Assembly (NCBI RefSeq): GCF_009914755.1
Contig: NC_060947.1
DNA length: 64,000 nucleotides
DNA from: the human T2T-CHM13v2.0 reference genome, Homo sapiens
Direction: 5' to 3' (one strand)
A program made the translations under genes and the position numbers. Every line of letters begins with the position of its first letter. Within the stretch, counting starts at the first letter, position 1. Below are positions 27,717-40,687 of this stretch, in pieces. The notes under the pieces were generated by a model. That model was not told the origin of the DNA, did no database searches, and saw nothing but the letters and a program-made list of their open reading frames with translations.

Positions 27717-28006
27717 CTCAGTATACGTGGGAGATTGGTTCCAGGACCTCTCGTGGATGCCAAAATCCACAGATGCTCAAGTTTTGTATATAAAATGATG
27801 TGGCATTTGCATATAACTATGCACATCCTCCTCTGTACTTTAAATGATCTCTATTATTTATCTGTTAAATCTCTTCCTCTATATTTTAAATTATCTCCAC
27901 TAACAACTATTTACATGGCATTTATACTGCTAGGTATTACATAGCAATAATGTTATCTCTATTAACAGCTATTTACATAGCATTTATATGCTAGGTATTA
28001 CATAGC
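27717..28006. mobile_element. MER2 (TcMar-Tigger) fragment with internal inversion and duplication
   Basis: gggagattggttccaggacc...ccaaaatccacagatgctcaag matches recalled MER2. It is followed by two inverted copies of the adjacent MER2 segment. Confidence 0.75.
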
Positions 28007-29812
28007 CAAGAGTAAGGGGAGCTATGCAAAGCAAGAATACGGCACAAACTGAACTGCCATACATACCGAGGCTCTACTTTCTTGATGGCTTATTTGAGTA
28101 GGAGGAAATCGGGTATTAATATATTAGAAAAGCAAAAGGGTGGGAAAGATCTATTAGTGAACCTGTGAATAATGCCACAGGAGTATGGAATTAAAACATT
28201 AACAACCAAAATATTTTTAAAAATCTTTCTATAAGGCTAAATTTGTTGGAATTTGTGACATAATATATTGTCCTTCAGTTCAGATATTTCTTTGTACATT
28301 ATGGAAAAATGCGTAAATACACAGTTAATTAGTTTTCAGTTATCAAGACAGAAATTGAGAGCAATAACCAAATGAACCCTATCTAGTAACACAACACTAT
28401 ACATATTTAATCATAATTTGGTGAGTGCATGCAAAATAATATTTAGAACCAATTAAAAAAAATCCAATTATCATCATGCTTTTAAAAAGGACTAGTAGTT
28501 GTACTACTATTACTACTGAGTTACTACTGAGTCACTGAGTAACTACTGTTACTACTGAGTTAAACTAAGTATGTCAATATTGCATAAACATTAGAAGGTA
28601 TTTCCAGAACATTTGAGTTTTTACAACCTTGTTTCAATGACAGAAATGCAGCTTCCTGGTTTCTATTCAGGCAGGAATTTGTTTACTCTGCTTAGCTGAA
28701 ATCAGAGCTAATGACTTTATTGGTTTTGAATAGCTCCAAAGTGTTCCCAATGCAAAGGCACTGGCTGTCTGGCCAGTCTCATATGGGCTACAACACATGC
28801 ATTTGGGAAGTTTACTTTCCAAAAATATAAGTATTCATGTGGTATAAATGAAGTCATGTACATATGCAACCTGAATACACACATGACATTCTGAGGTAGT
28901 AATTCTCACTGTTGTAACCTCTTCAAGATATGAAGTCTATATAATCACATTAAAATACTACCTTTGGGGTATGAATTAAGTTTAAATTGTCCACTGAGTT
29001 ATATATCAGGGTTAAAGAAGTACTTTGTCTAGAACACCTAAATCTTTAGTCATTTTTTGAAAGGAAAAAGAACTTTATTATTCTTGACAAACATTATATA
29101 CAAAGTACAATTGTGTTACTTCTCAAAATAATCATAAACATGTTAATTCCCATTTTATATGTGAAGAAACTGATTAATTAAATAACACATACCTAAAAAC
29201 ACACAGCAAGCTAGTGACAGGATAAAACAACTTTATCCCAGTGAGTCACAGTTCCTAAATGTCCTACACCATATTACTCTATTCTTTCATCACTTCATAA
29301 ACAATGGAGAATAAAGGAAAAAATTTAAAAACTAAAATGGGTTTATATGTGGAAAAAAGTCAAAAATAGACAGCTATTACACAACCTTAGCTTGAGGTCA
29401 AATTCTACCTGATATGTGTGGGTTTTTTTCCATTAATAAATGTTTGCTGTCAAAAAACTACTCAGAGAAAATCACAAGTCAATAGACTACAGAAAACAGA
29501 AGCTCAGTGAATAAAGAAAATATAAGTTCAGCAAAAGCAGTACCATCCTCTTGAGAAATGAATACGAAAAAAAGACAGCCTTACTACAGCTAATCAAGGA
29601 AGAATAAAATGTTTCAAAATTCAAGTCACAGGTAGAAGAAGATGGTCAAAAAGGAGAAATGTGTATTTGTATATAAATACCTTTAAAGAAGAAATACTAA
29701 TAACTGCATAATTATATATGATACTTAAATATCATTATACAATAGTTGATTTTTTTAACTTGCAAGCCTGTTAATCTTCAATAACTCAGATTGCAGATGT
29801 GATATATTTAAA

Positions 29813-30020
29813 AATAATAACATTTACTGAGTGCTTACAATGGAAAAGACACTCTTCTAAGTGCTTTACATATATTATATGCTACTGTTATCCCCATTTT
29901 ACAGATAGAGCGACCAAGTAAACTACAGAGAAGTAACTTGTCCAAGGTCACACAGTAAATAAATAAAGAGCCAGAATTTAAACTCGGGCATTCTAGCTCT
30001 AGGGAACCAGCTATTATCCT
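29813..30020. mobile_element. MIR
   Basis: aacatttactgagtgcttac...tatccccattttacagat...aagtaacttgtccaaggtcacacag. Confidence 0.75.
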
Positions 30021-30299
30021 CTATGGTATTCTGAATTTGTAAAGAATCTGAGATGGCTAACCCAACTGTTTATATTTCCTTAAGTTTAAAATCAACTTAA
30101 TTAGCACAATATTCTCAATACAAACCCAACCTACATTATTCTCATATTTCCTCTTTCACATAGGAAGACATGAGGCACTGAGTATCATTAACCAAGGTTA
30201 AAGAAGGTAGTTTTAAAATGTTTCTCAAAGAACGAATATCATTCTCTTCTTAAAACCAAAAGGAATATACAACAATTATTTGTCAATTTTAAAAACTAA

Positions 30300-30593
<294 letters not shown>

Positions 30594-31124
30594 AAAATAA
30601 TTTTATTTAAAAAGAGCAAAATTAAATCTATGTTAATGATGGTTACCAAAGCTCCAACAATCCAGGCTCCCATTTTCTTGGCAAAGAGATAGTTTCTAGA
30701 ATATGAACTGAAGCTTATTCAGTCTTGTAGCTTTCATGTCTAATACTAAGCAACTAACAGGTCACAAACTGCTATATAAAAAATGTTAGGGGTAATGTAC
30801 AAATATGGGGGAGGAGATAAGCAGAGAAGTATCACTGCAGAATGAGAAAGTTCACATAAAACTTCTAGCACCATTAGGTTTCCTCATCTATAAAAGGGTC
30901 TAAGAACAGTCACTTAATGTTTTGAAAATTAATGACTGCAAAGAAAATATATCACAGAAATTATTTTGTTTTTTAACAAAGAATATTTCACTAAACCCAA
31001 TACAGAAACAACCTCAAGAATTTTATTAATTGTATTAATTAATTTTATTAACACCATATATCTATGCTCAGTAAGTGCAATTCTGAAGTTCCACAGGACT
31101 AATTCATTAAAATTATTATGAAAA

Positions 31125-32050
31125 CTACACATATGTGACAAAATGATTTTTGATATAGTACAAAGGCAATTCAATAGAGAACAGGTAGTCTTTTCAACAA
31201 ATGGTGGCAGAGCAACTGGACATACCTGTGTAAAAAAGTAGACTTCTATCACACTACCCACCATATTCAAAAATTAACTAGAAATGGATCAAAGACCTAA
31301 ATTAAGAAATATAACTAAAAAACTTCTAGAAGAAAACTTAAGGGAAAAATTCTGTAACTTTGGATTAGGCTAGGATTTCTTAGATACAACACCAAAAACA
31401 CAATTCATAAAAGAAAAAAAAAACTGATAAACTGGACTTCGCTAAGATGAAAAACCTCGACTCTTTATTAAGAGAATGAAAAGACAGACCATGTGGGAAA
31501 AATATTTGGAAATCGGTATCTAATAAAGGACTTGCATTTGGAATATAAAGAACTCTCAAAATTCAATAATAAGAAAACAACCCAACTTGAACAATTTCAA
31601 AAAATTTGAAAAGACAACTCATCAGAGAATATATACGGATGGCAAATAAGCATATGAAAATATGCTTAGCAACATGTGTCATTAGGGAAATGCAAGTTAA
31701 AATCACAATTAGATACCCCTACACTCCAATTAGAATAGCTATTTTTTTTCACTTAATCTGACAAGACTAAGTGCTGGCAAGTACTCAGAGCAGCTGGAAT
31801 TCTCACGCAGCAACCTCACTCCTAAGTGTTTACCCAATATAAGTGAAAAGTTATGTCCAAACCGAAATTTTCATACAAATGTGTATAATGGCTTTATTCA
31901 TAATCACCAAACACTGGTAACAACCCAAATCCAAATGTCCTTCAACTTATTAATGAACAAATCAACTGTGGTACATTCACATAACAGACTAGTGCACAGC
32001 AATAAAAAAGAAAGAACTACTGATACACATAATATCATGAATAAAGACCA
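31125..32050 (+). mobile_element. Old L1M ORF2 3' fragment
   Basis: gtcttttcaacaaatggtgg...aaacttctagaagaaaac...tcattagggaaatgcaagttaaaatcacaat. Confidence 0.8.
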
Positions 32051-32919
32051 AATAAAATCAAATTAATATTGTTCATAGATATGAAGTTGCTGAATGACCA
32101 TGTCTTTTTTGAAAATCCGTATTGACTGACCTCCCTTAAGAGATTCTATAAGTATTCACTTATTCCAATGTAATTGCTCTACAAATGATAAACACAATAA
32201 ATGTTTTATGATTGTGCCAGAAGGTCTAGAGTTACTCTTCTCCATCTGTAAAATAAAGTACAAAATCATACACAAATTATCTTATATATGTTCTATCATT
32301 CTTGTATATGTCTCTATAATCAACATATGGTTTTCTGCATATGCCCATTAAGTTTGAAATGTAATTGTTTCCAACAGCATTCATTCATCACTGCATCTAC
32401 TCCAGGTGAACAATCATGAATGCAAAATATTTTTATCAAATCAGACCTAATGGCTTATCTATTTCCCTTAATTTTGAATTTTGACTATTCTCAATTAGTA
32501 CAATTTCTTTAACACATACACCAAACCTCTCTCATTTTAAGAAAAACTAAAAGTCATTTGAAACCTGACATTCAGTCCACATTTCCCCTCATATGACGTT
32601 TTTCTCCTTTGTTTTCTGAAGTTCTGTCCACTCTGATCCTTTAAGTAGAGTAATAAATCCCTATACCTCAACTCTTATCAAGCTTATGATTTTTAGGATA
32701 ATTCATGTTCCATTTTCACTTATGTCTTAATGACTAATTTCAACTGTAGTAACTGAAAATAGCAAAAATGTTTTATGTAATAATTTCCCCAGAATCTTCA
32801 GAAAGAAAGTGCAAATTTCAAGTTCTGCCTTTTTGAAAAAGGTAGCAACTTTCCCCCTAAAATTTCCTCAGATTTTAAAAGCTGATCTTGTTCTTTATTT
32901 TTTTATTTTTTTGCATTTT

Positions 32920-33210
32920 TTCTCAAAATTCAGTTGAGTGTATTTGTGTGGCTCTATTTCTGTGTACTCTATTCTGGTCTACTGATCTACGTGTCTATTC
33001 TTCCACCAATACCACATTGTCTTTATTATAGTTACATAGTAAAACGTAATATCCAATAGAGTAATTCCTTATTTTATTTTTCTTTTTCAAAATTGTTTTA
33101 GAGCTTCTAGGTCTTGTACTTTTACATATACATTTTAGAACATGCTTGTCTGTTTACAAAACAAAACAAAACAAAAAAACAGACTTGCTGGGATTTTGTT
33201 GACATTTATT
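32920..33210 (-). mobile_element. Old L1M fragment
   Basis: tatttgtgtggctctatttctg...ccaccaataccacattgtc...gctgggattttgtt. Confidence 0.65.
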
Positions 33211-34104
33211 TAACTTAAATAGACAGGCATGGCTATTGAATCAGCACATCTGACTGCTGATCTAATATGGTTGCTAACAACGTATCTATATTCTCTCCTT
33301 ATTTTCAATATTGTCCTTAGGGGGGAGATAGCAATGTATAGAGGAAAAAGCATGAATTTAAAATAATCTAGGTTCAAATTCCAGACGTATTTCCTACTAA
33401 CTTGCATGTATCTTTCTATTCTGTTAAAAAGACATAACTGTCTTACCAAGATGTTTTGAAGAATGAATAAAACTGAGATAATCTATGATGCATCTAGTAC
33501 TAGCTGGTACATAGTTCATGCTCAATAAACGCTATTATCTCTTTCTCCCTTAAGATTCGATACCTTTAAATGGAATGGATTCCAACGTTTTTTCAGGTTA
33601 AAAAATTTGTATTGGGTGTTTAAATTGCTATATTTCCTCTTAAAGTTTGTCTTCAATCACTTTACAGGAGAGGCAGAGGGATTTCTTAGTAATAATTACC
33701 CATGGGTTTTGAAATTTTTTGTTAGAGATGTAATGGGATATTTGTCATTCAAAACAGAGTCACTATCTCCTTACTCAGCTAGTAAAATGGGTGAACAAGT
33801 TATTTAACCTCTTAGTTATATGGCTGAACTATATCAAAACTAGCTACGGTACTAAATTTTGTTTTTAATGCTACTGGAAAAGCAAATTCCTCAAAACTAA
33901 AGAGCAAGAACATACAGGGCAGTTCAAACAACCCAATTTGGCTCCAGTCATATCTTAAAACAACAACAAAATAAAACACACAGAAAAATATCACAATTCA
34001 CAGATAATTTACTGCAGAGCTAATTGCTAGCTTACAAATTAATATTCTTTTTTTCCTATTGAATAATGACAACTACGTGACTATTTCTTTTTTTACTTTG
34101 GCCT

Positions 34105-34265
34105 AGAGCTGTGGTTTTTAACCCTGGCTGTGCATCATAAGCATCTGGGGAATAGATGCCCAGGCCCCCTCTAGATTAGTTAAATGTGAATCTCTGAGTG
34201 GAACACTGGCATGGATAATTTTTTTACACTCCCAGGTAAATATAACACACAGCCAGAGTTGAGAA
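34105..34265. mobile_element. MER5-like hAT-Charlie MITE
   Basis: gtggtttttaaccctggctgtgcatc...gatgcccaggccccc...cagccagagttgagaa. Confidence 0.6.
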
Positions 34266-34535
34266 AAACCAGCTAAGAAAACTCAAGGCCAAATTTATAA
34301 TTCAACTATATTTTAAACATGTCATAGACCCTTACAGCCTGCTTATTTGTGCTCTATTTTACCCTTCATCCCCTACCCTCCACCCTTTTCATATATCTCC
34401 TACTTTGTTTTCCCTTATCCTCAATATCAAAATAGTTATCAGATTATATTTCCCATATACCATCTCAAATGCTTGGTAAAATGAAGCAAATCACAAGTAA
34501 CACACATGCACTCTACTCCACCTTCCCTCTTTCTC

Positions 34536-34537
<2 letters not shown>

Positions 34538-34579
<42 letters not shown>
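34538..34579. repeat. (CT)n(CA)n compound microsatellite
   Basis: Directly visible. Confidence 0.95.
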
Positions 34580-35749
34580 GTGCACACAAAACTACAGCAG
34601 GACCTGTTTCTAATGTAGAGATACAGATTAAAATCTAGCAGTGAAATCAGTTACAGAATGTCTCCAGGGCAATTTAGAAAACGTCTCTTATCTGCAAAAG
34701 CCAGATTTAGCTCAGCTCTCTAAATCTCTCTCCCATCTAACTCCTTTCCTACCTAAAAACAAACAAAAATAAAGAAAATACACAACAAAAAAAAATATTG
34801 GCAGCAACAGTAAATAATCCTTGGAAATAACATAAATGAATAAACATTACATAGCAAATTCTGACAAAGTACTGAAAGGCTTATACCTCAAGATTCCAAG
34901 TGCTTATCAAATCTTAAGAACCGCTGCTACATACAATGATAGCACCAAGAAAGAAATTACAGGAAGGGAAAAAAATCTTGCATTTCCTCATCAAAATTCT
35001 AGATGAGAGAGACTATGAGAGGGTAGGTACTAAAACAATATGGCCCAGAAAAGCAACTACACTATCAGTAGGCCTTATCATGGAACACAGAGGTAATGAT
35101 TAGCTCTCTTGATGAACTAATCAAGGTAGGGAAATATAGAGGACCTGCCCTGAAGGAACTGACCTGAATATTTCCAGATCAGACTGGCTTAAAGAAAGAT
35201 TGACTTGGAGGAACTGAGAAGGCACCTGTGGCAGGGAGGGGCCACTGCCCTCTGACTCCTCCCCGCTTGTCTATTCCAAATAAACCTGGTGAAAGCATAG
35301 AAAAAATACAGATGTCCCTGCTCTCCTTCCACATTCCAGAAATAAGTACTGGTCATTATTTTCAGAATAGGACTCTGTACTCACGGCTGCTGACTACTGA
35401 AGATGAACATTGGTGAAACAAGAATTACAGGCCTAAGGCCCATTTAAAAAGAATTAAAAATGTTTTAGCTAGTAATAAGTGTATTCACCTTTGGTAGTAA
35501 AGAATTTAAGCATTCTAAGCACGATCAGAAACCTTCAGAGTGGAATGCTATTATTCAATACAATATTAGAAAGGGGAGATTTCATTTTAGCTTTCTATCT
35601 CCCTATACTGCAAAGATCTATTTATTTTTATATTAGTCTGGTGGCTAATACAGAGACTTATATTGGCAGGTATGCATTAAATACCTGTTACATTGAATTA
35701 ATTCCTACCAGGACGCTTCTAATCTCAATTGTTTGTTATTTCTTTTTAC

Positions 35750-36500
35750 TCTCCAACATCTAATCAGTTACCAAATTGTAACTATTCTACCTCTGCCAGG
35801 TCTCTCCCATCAGTCATCTCTTTTCTACCCCTTCTGTACTAGTTCAAAAATCTCACTACTACTTCCACTAACACAATAGCCTCCTAGCTGGAATTCCCCA
35901 CCTTCCATATCTCCCCCATTCCTCACTACCGTCAATTATTTTTCAAAGCACAAATCTAATAATGTCACTCATGTCCTCAAAAACCTTCAGTGGCTCCTAT
36001 TTATGAGATAAAATTGAACCCTTAAACTGGCTTAAAAAGTCCCATTCAACCTGGGCCTAGCTTACCTTTAATACATTCCTTATCTCTCACTATATCCCCT
36101 CTCCCACATCACAGACTTACAACAGTATCAGATTCTTCCTTCTTTCAGAACATTTCCATGCCTTTTCTTATATTGTGCCCATCCACGTGAAATATGCTCC
36201 TTTCATCTGTCTGTGAAAATATTATCACTTTCTAATGCCCTGCTCAAATTCCACCTCCTTCACAAAGCCTTACCAGATCCATTCCTAAACCACCACCACC
36301 CCCACCACCACCACCACCACCCCATTGTTGATAATCTTGTGCCTTTTACAATAACAATTTCCATACATGCCTGTCTTACTACCTGAATGTAAACCTGTGG
36401 GGGTAGGGTGGGACTCTGTGGTATATTTTTAGGCATTTCACATTACAGCACTATGTACAGCACTGCCTTGTACTCAATAAATGCTTCATGAATTGAACCA
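35750..36500. mobile_element. L2 3' fragment containing a (CAC)n tract
   Basis: caaaaaccttcagtggctcc...tgctcaaattccacctccttcacaaagcct...tactcaataaatgcttcatgaattgaa. Confidence 0.65.
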
Positions 36501-37190
36501 ATTCCTACCATGACAAGAGTTCAGAATTTTTTTAAAAAATTAAAAATTTCAATGAAACACCTCATCAGCCAGATATAATAAATGAAATTATCTGTCTCTT
36601 CTTATCCTTCCACTGTTTCTAAATATAACTTTGTATTTTATCTCTGGATCACCCTATCTGTGATTACAAACATTCACAGTGAGAGCACCACTATACTTAG
36701 ATGAAATGATCAAATTTAGGAAGGGGTCTTAAGAAAAACTGCTTACGAAATGGAAGGCTGCGGCTAAGGCCATGGTTATCTGAATCCCAGGATTTTAACA
36801 TAGATGACAATAGTTCAGACTTTAGGGGCATGGGAAGAGGCATGATGACTGTGGGAAAAGAGAAGGAACTATTGTGTACTAGAGACTAAGTGCAAAACAT
36901 CTTGCTAAGTTTATTAAACCCAGCACTGAATTTTCTTTACATAACAACTCTTGAAGATGTTTTTTCTCCAACTTATAGACAAAGAAAGTGAGGTTCAGAG
37001 AGGTTAGGTAACGTGGATTGTGTCACATCATGAGTATGGCATGGAGCTCGGACAAGAACCCAGATTTACCTGCCTTCAAAGCTGTTCTTTCCTCTATTAC
37101 TATAGGGTCTCATGAAAATTAATTAAAACTAGAAGTTTTTCCCAAATTGGTTTTATCAGTAAACTACATACTCTCAAAACTAATTTGTTT

Positions 37191-37341
37191 AGACAGGCAT
37201 GGTTGTGAGCACCTGTAGTCCCAGCTACTCGGGAACCTGAGGCATGAGGATTGTTTGAGTCCAGGAGTTCGAGGCCAGCCTGGACAATGTACAATGACAT
37301 AGAAAGACCCTGACTCAAAAAAAAAAAAAAAAAAAAAAAAA
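37191..37341 (+). mobile_element. FLAM-type Alu monomer with TSD
   Basis: Single Alu arm plus a long poly-A tail, flanked by aaaactaatttgttt / aaaactaacttgctt. Confidence 0.85.
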
Positions 37342-38548
37342 CTAACTTGCTTAAATAAAAACAGCATTGCTAAAGAAATAATATAAAAGTACTACACGTT
37401 TACTATGATATGAAATGTGAAAATTACATCATCAACTTGATAAAGAAGCACTTGGTTCCTCACCAAAAAACAAACAACTAAGCGAACAAACTGTAACATG
37501 CATGGCATTAAATCATGAAAAGTTCACATTAGTCAAACAGGTTGTTCTTTATGATCCTTGCCCAGGAATGACCAATACCCATCCCATCTCAAGTAAAACC
37601 TCTTTCTTGATCCTGACAGAATCCAGTCAAAAGCTTAAATTGTGACTGCGTGAGGGGTGATGCCCTTTGAAGTTCCTATTCCCAGTAGACCTCATTGAGA
37701 CAGTCCCTGCAAGAGCTCTCACAATCAGTTTCTTGCTTACCCTATTTCCCCTCTTCTAAGAACTCTCTTCCCAGAAACCAAAAGATTCCAGGTTTCCCCT
37801 TTTCAGGCCCATTCTCTACCTCTCACTGGAACCAAGCTAGTTATTGGTTGAAACCTGACACATTTCACCACAGAACAATTTTACAAACAGTGGTTAGGCT
37901 CGGCATCATTATACCTCGCTATTATGTACTGATCTAAAAATATAAGTACCCTTAATAAGTTTTTCCTGTGGGAAAACATGTTAAGAGTCTCAAACAACCA
38001 ATTTACACACTTCTGAATGATAATTCAAAGGTTAACAACTGTCCATGCAAGCAAGACAGGTAAAAGATACAAAAAGACTCCAAAATATATGGTAGTGTCT
38101 ATAATCTTTAATCTTACCAGATTCAACACACACAGAAATGGACGGAAATTATTTCTTTTGACATTAAAGTTAACAGATTCTTACCTACATTTTCTTTAAG
38201 GATTCTAGCACATTTTAAAAATATATATTCTACAACAAAAACACTCTTAGTCCTAAAATTATCACAATTGAGGGTTGTAGAGCTTGTACTCAAAATTAGC
38301 ATTTTTAAAGCCAACATCAACAAATTTGTAATTAAAATATAAATTATCAAAAGTAAACTTGTTTACTTCTTATCAAAAGAATATAATTAAAAACAAACAA
38401 ACTCTTCTAAGTACTAAGTGGGTCTGTTCAAATGTAGCATTTAGTTTTCACCTATAATATTTTTTATTAAGTAACTTGCAGGGTTAAATCTAACCAATCA
38501 TAACTGTTTTAGAGAAAGAAGGCAGAAATACTATCTTCACCACATTAC

Positions 38549-38629
38549 CTTCACCTTTCGTTTTACTTCATAGGGATTAACAATTTCCACTCGAGTATTT
38601 TTCCAAATTGCTGAGGTAGAGAGACCCAT
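38549..38629 (-). CDS. RPS6KA6: RPS6KA6 alternative N-terminal coding exon (1B): MGLSTSAIWKNTRVEIVNPYEVKRKVK
   Basis: 81 nt with a strong Kozak context (acaATGG) and phase-0 donor AAG|gtaatg, in frame with exon 2. The peptide agrees with my recollection of the second RSK4 isoform N-terminus. It is missing from the ORF track because it is too short. Confidence 0.88.
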
Positions 38630-40306
38630 TGTTAAATCTCTACAATACCTAAAACATACTGCAAACAATAAAAAAACCATATGTGGTAATTACAATTTAA
38701 AACATACTACATTCAAAGTTAACAGAAATAATAAAATAGTAGGCATGCAAAAGGATTCCCACCTCCCATCCCATCCTTATATCAAAGCATTTAACTGTTT
38801 TTATAAACTAAATGCCTATAAGTTCAGTAAGTTACATACATGAATATAACAAAGTTCCTCTCCCCTTCAATAGACTTGCTAGACAATTGTGCAAACAGTT
38901 AGCATTCCCACATTTCAACAAGAAAGGAACGCCTATTCATTTATCTTGTTCTTACGAGATGTAAAATATTAAAACGTATATTGGAATTGCTTGGTTTACT
39001 AGTAAAATATTTCCTGTAAGTATAGAGGGTTCAGATTTAGGGTACTTCTGAATTTATTTCCACTATATTCCTTACCACATGTTATTCTAGCATGTAATCT
39101 TAACCCCAGTTTAGTTGATAAATAACAAAAAAATTTAAAGAAAAAAAAACAAGGTAATCATACAACAGCCAAATGTGTATTTTTTTTAAATGGAGCAAGT
39201 ACTTGAAGACAAAGTTGCACCCTTTAGATGTCGAGGATTGAGAGTCTTACCTCAAAATATCCTACTGTGAATCAATTTCACCAACTATTTTTAGGAGGTG
39301 TATGGTGGCCTCTACTGGAGTAGTACGCAGTCGATTAAGTTATCAGAAAAGGATCCAACTTTCTATCACAAAAGACACGTTTTTGTGTTTAAATGCTGCC
39401 CGCTTTTATAACAACAATAAAAACAAAGCACCTGTGTACATCTAAGTTCTCACTGCACAGCTGACCAAAGCCCAACCAGAACAGTTTCAGAGTAAGAAGA
39501 GTGGGAAGAGAGGTGAACCAAAGTATTTTGGTTGAACCTCGCTAAGTCTTACCAAAGATTCGACTTATTTATAAGGGCTGGGGTTTACTTTGCGTCTTCT
39601 TTTACAGACCAACGGGGCAGGGACAGCGGTTGTGGAAAGGAGAAGGGGTGGAGCAAGAGTGCAGTAGAATCAAGGGGACCTGAGAGGAAGCAGTAGAACA
39701 TCACCTGAAACCTGGCGACTGGAGATAGGTCGCCAGTGTATCTCGACATGGGTCATTACAAGGAACCATAACAAGCCACAGAGAAACGAGAAAGCTGTTA
39801 CCAGGGAACACTCGTGCCTATGTGCAAATGTCCCCAGAGTTACTTAGTCACCTTGGTGTGTTTGTTGCACTGGGTTCGTAAAGCGTCCGGGGTTCAACAG
39901 CGAGCTGGAGTCCGCAGCTGTCCCCCAAAATGTTCCCAGCCAGCAAACTAGGCGCGGCGGAGAAAAAGGGACGCGCGGAGTCAGGCACAGCACCCCGCCA
40001 GTCCCCCAGTTCCCCTTCGGGTCGGAAAGTGAAGAAACTTAGTCACAACAACTCTGGCGTGGCCCGCCAGGCAGGCGCTCCGCCCAAGGCCGAGCCCGGG
40101 CCCAGGCTGCACTCACTCCGCAAGCCCGAGCCCGCCGTCTCATCCCCGCCCGCTCCCCAGCGAAAGGGCAGTGGAGGCAGCATCAAGGGGGCTTGCCCGG
40201 GAGCCCGCTTCCCGGCCCTACGCCTCTCCTCTCTCCGTCCCCAGCCAAGGTCTTGAGGGGAAGGAGGCGGGGGTTGGCTCCAGCCCGTCTTGGCCACCAC
40301 ACTAAC

Positions 40307-40387
40307 CTCGCCGCTGCTCGCGCCGCCGCCGCTGAACACTTCCATTTCTCGGTCCCAGGGCTCGTCCTGAGGAGCGAATGGTAGCAT
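40307..40387 (-). CDS. RPS6KA6: RPS6KA6 canonical coding exon 1 (1A): MLPFAPQDEPWDREMEVFSGGGASSGE
   Basis: ATG at 40387 (gagATGc), 81 nt, phase-0 donor GAG|gttagt. I recognise this as the RSK4 N-terminus. Confidence 0.97.
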
Positions 40388-40463
40388 CTCCCCTTCAGGA
40401 GCACTCAAACAGGAGCTGCCGCCTACCGCTGGCGCGGCCGCGCATCCTGTCTATTGAACTGGC

Positions 40464-40484
40464 CCGCCGCCGCCGCCGCCGCCG
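40464..40484 (-). repeat. (CGG)7 tract upstream of the ATG; a second 5-unit tract lies at 40556-40570
   Basis: Directly counted as (CCG)7 on the plus strand. Confidence 0.95.
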
Positions 40485-40687
40485 CGACCCCCAGCCCCGC
40501 CTTCAGCGAGCGCTGCCCTCGCCGCCGGGTCTCTCAGAGGCTGGGAGCTGGGGGTCGCCGCCGCCGCCGCCCGGTGATTCCCATAGAGAAGACAACTCTG
40601 TGCTGCCTCTCCAAGAGCTGCCGCTCGGCTCGCGCTCACCACTGCCACCACAACGACAGCCGCTCGGTGGTGACTCCCCCAACACCC

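Noticed and set aside
40388-40453. N-terminal extension of RSK4 from the TTG at 40408, or translation of the CGG tract in frame with RSK4
   Set aside because: An in-frame TAG at 40451-40453 separates the CGG tract from the CDS, and nothing supports use of the TTG start.
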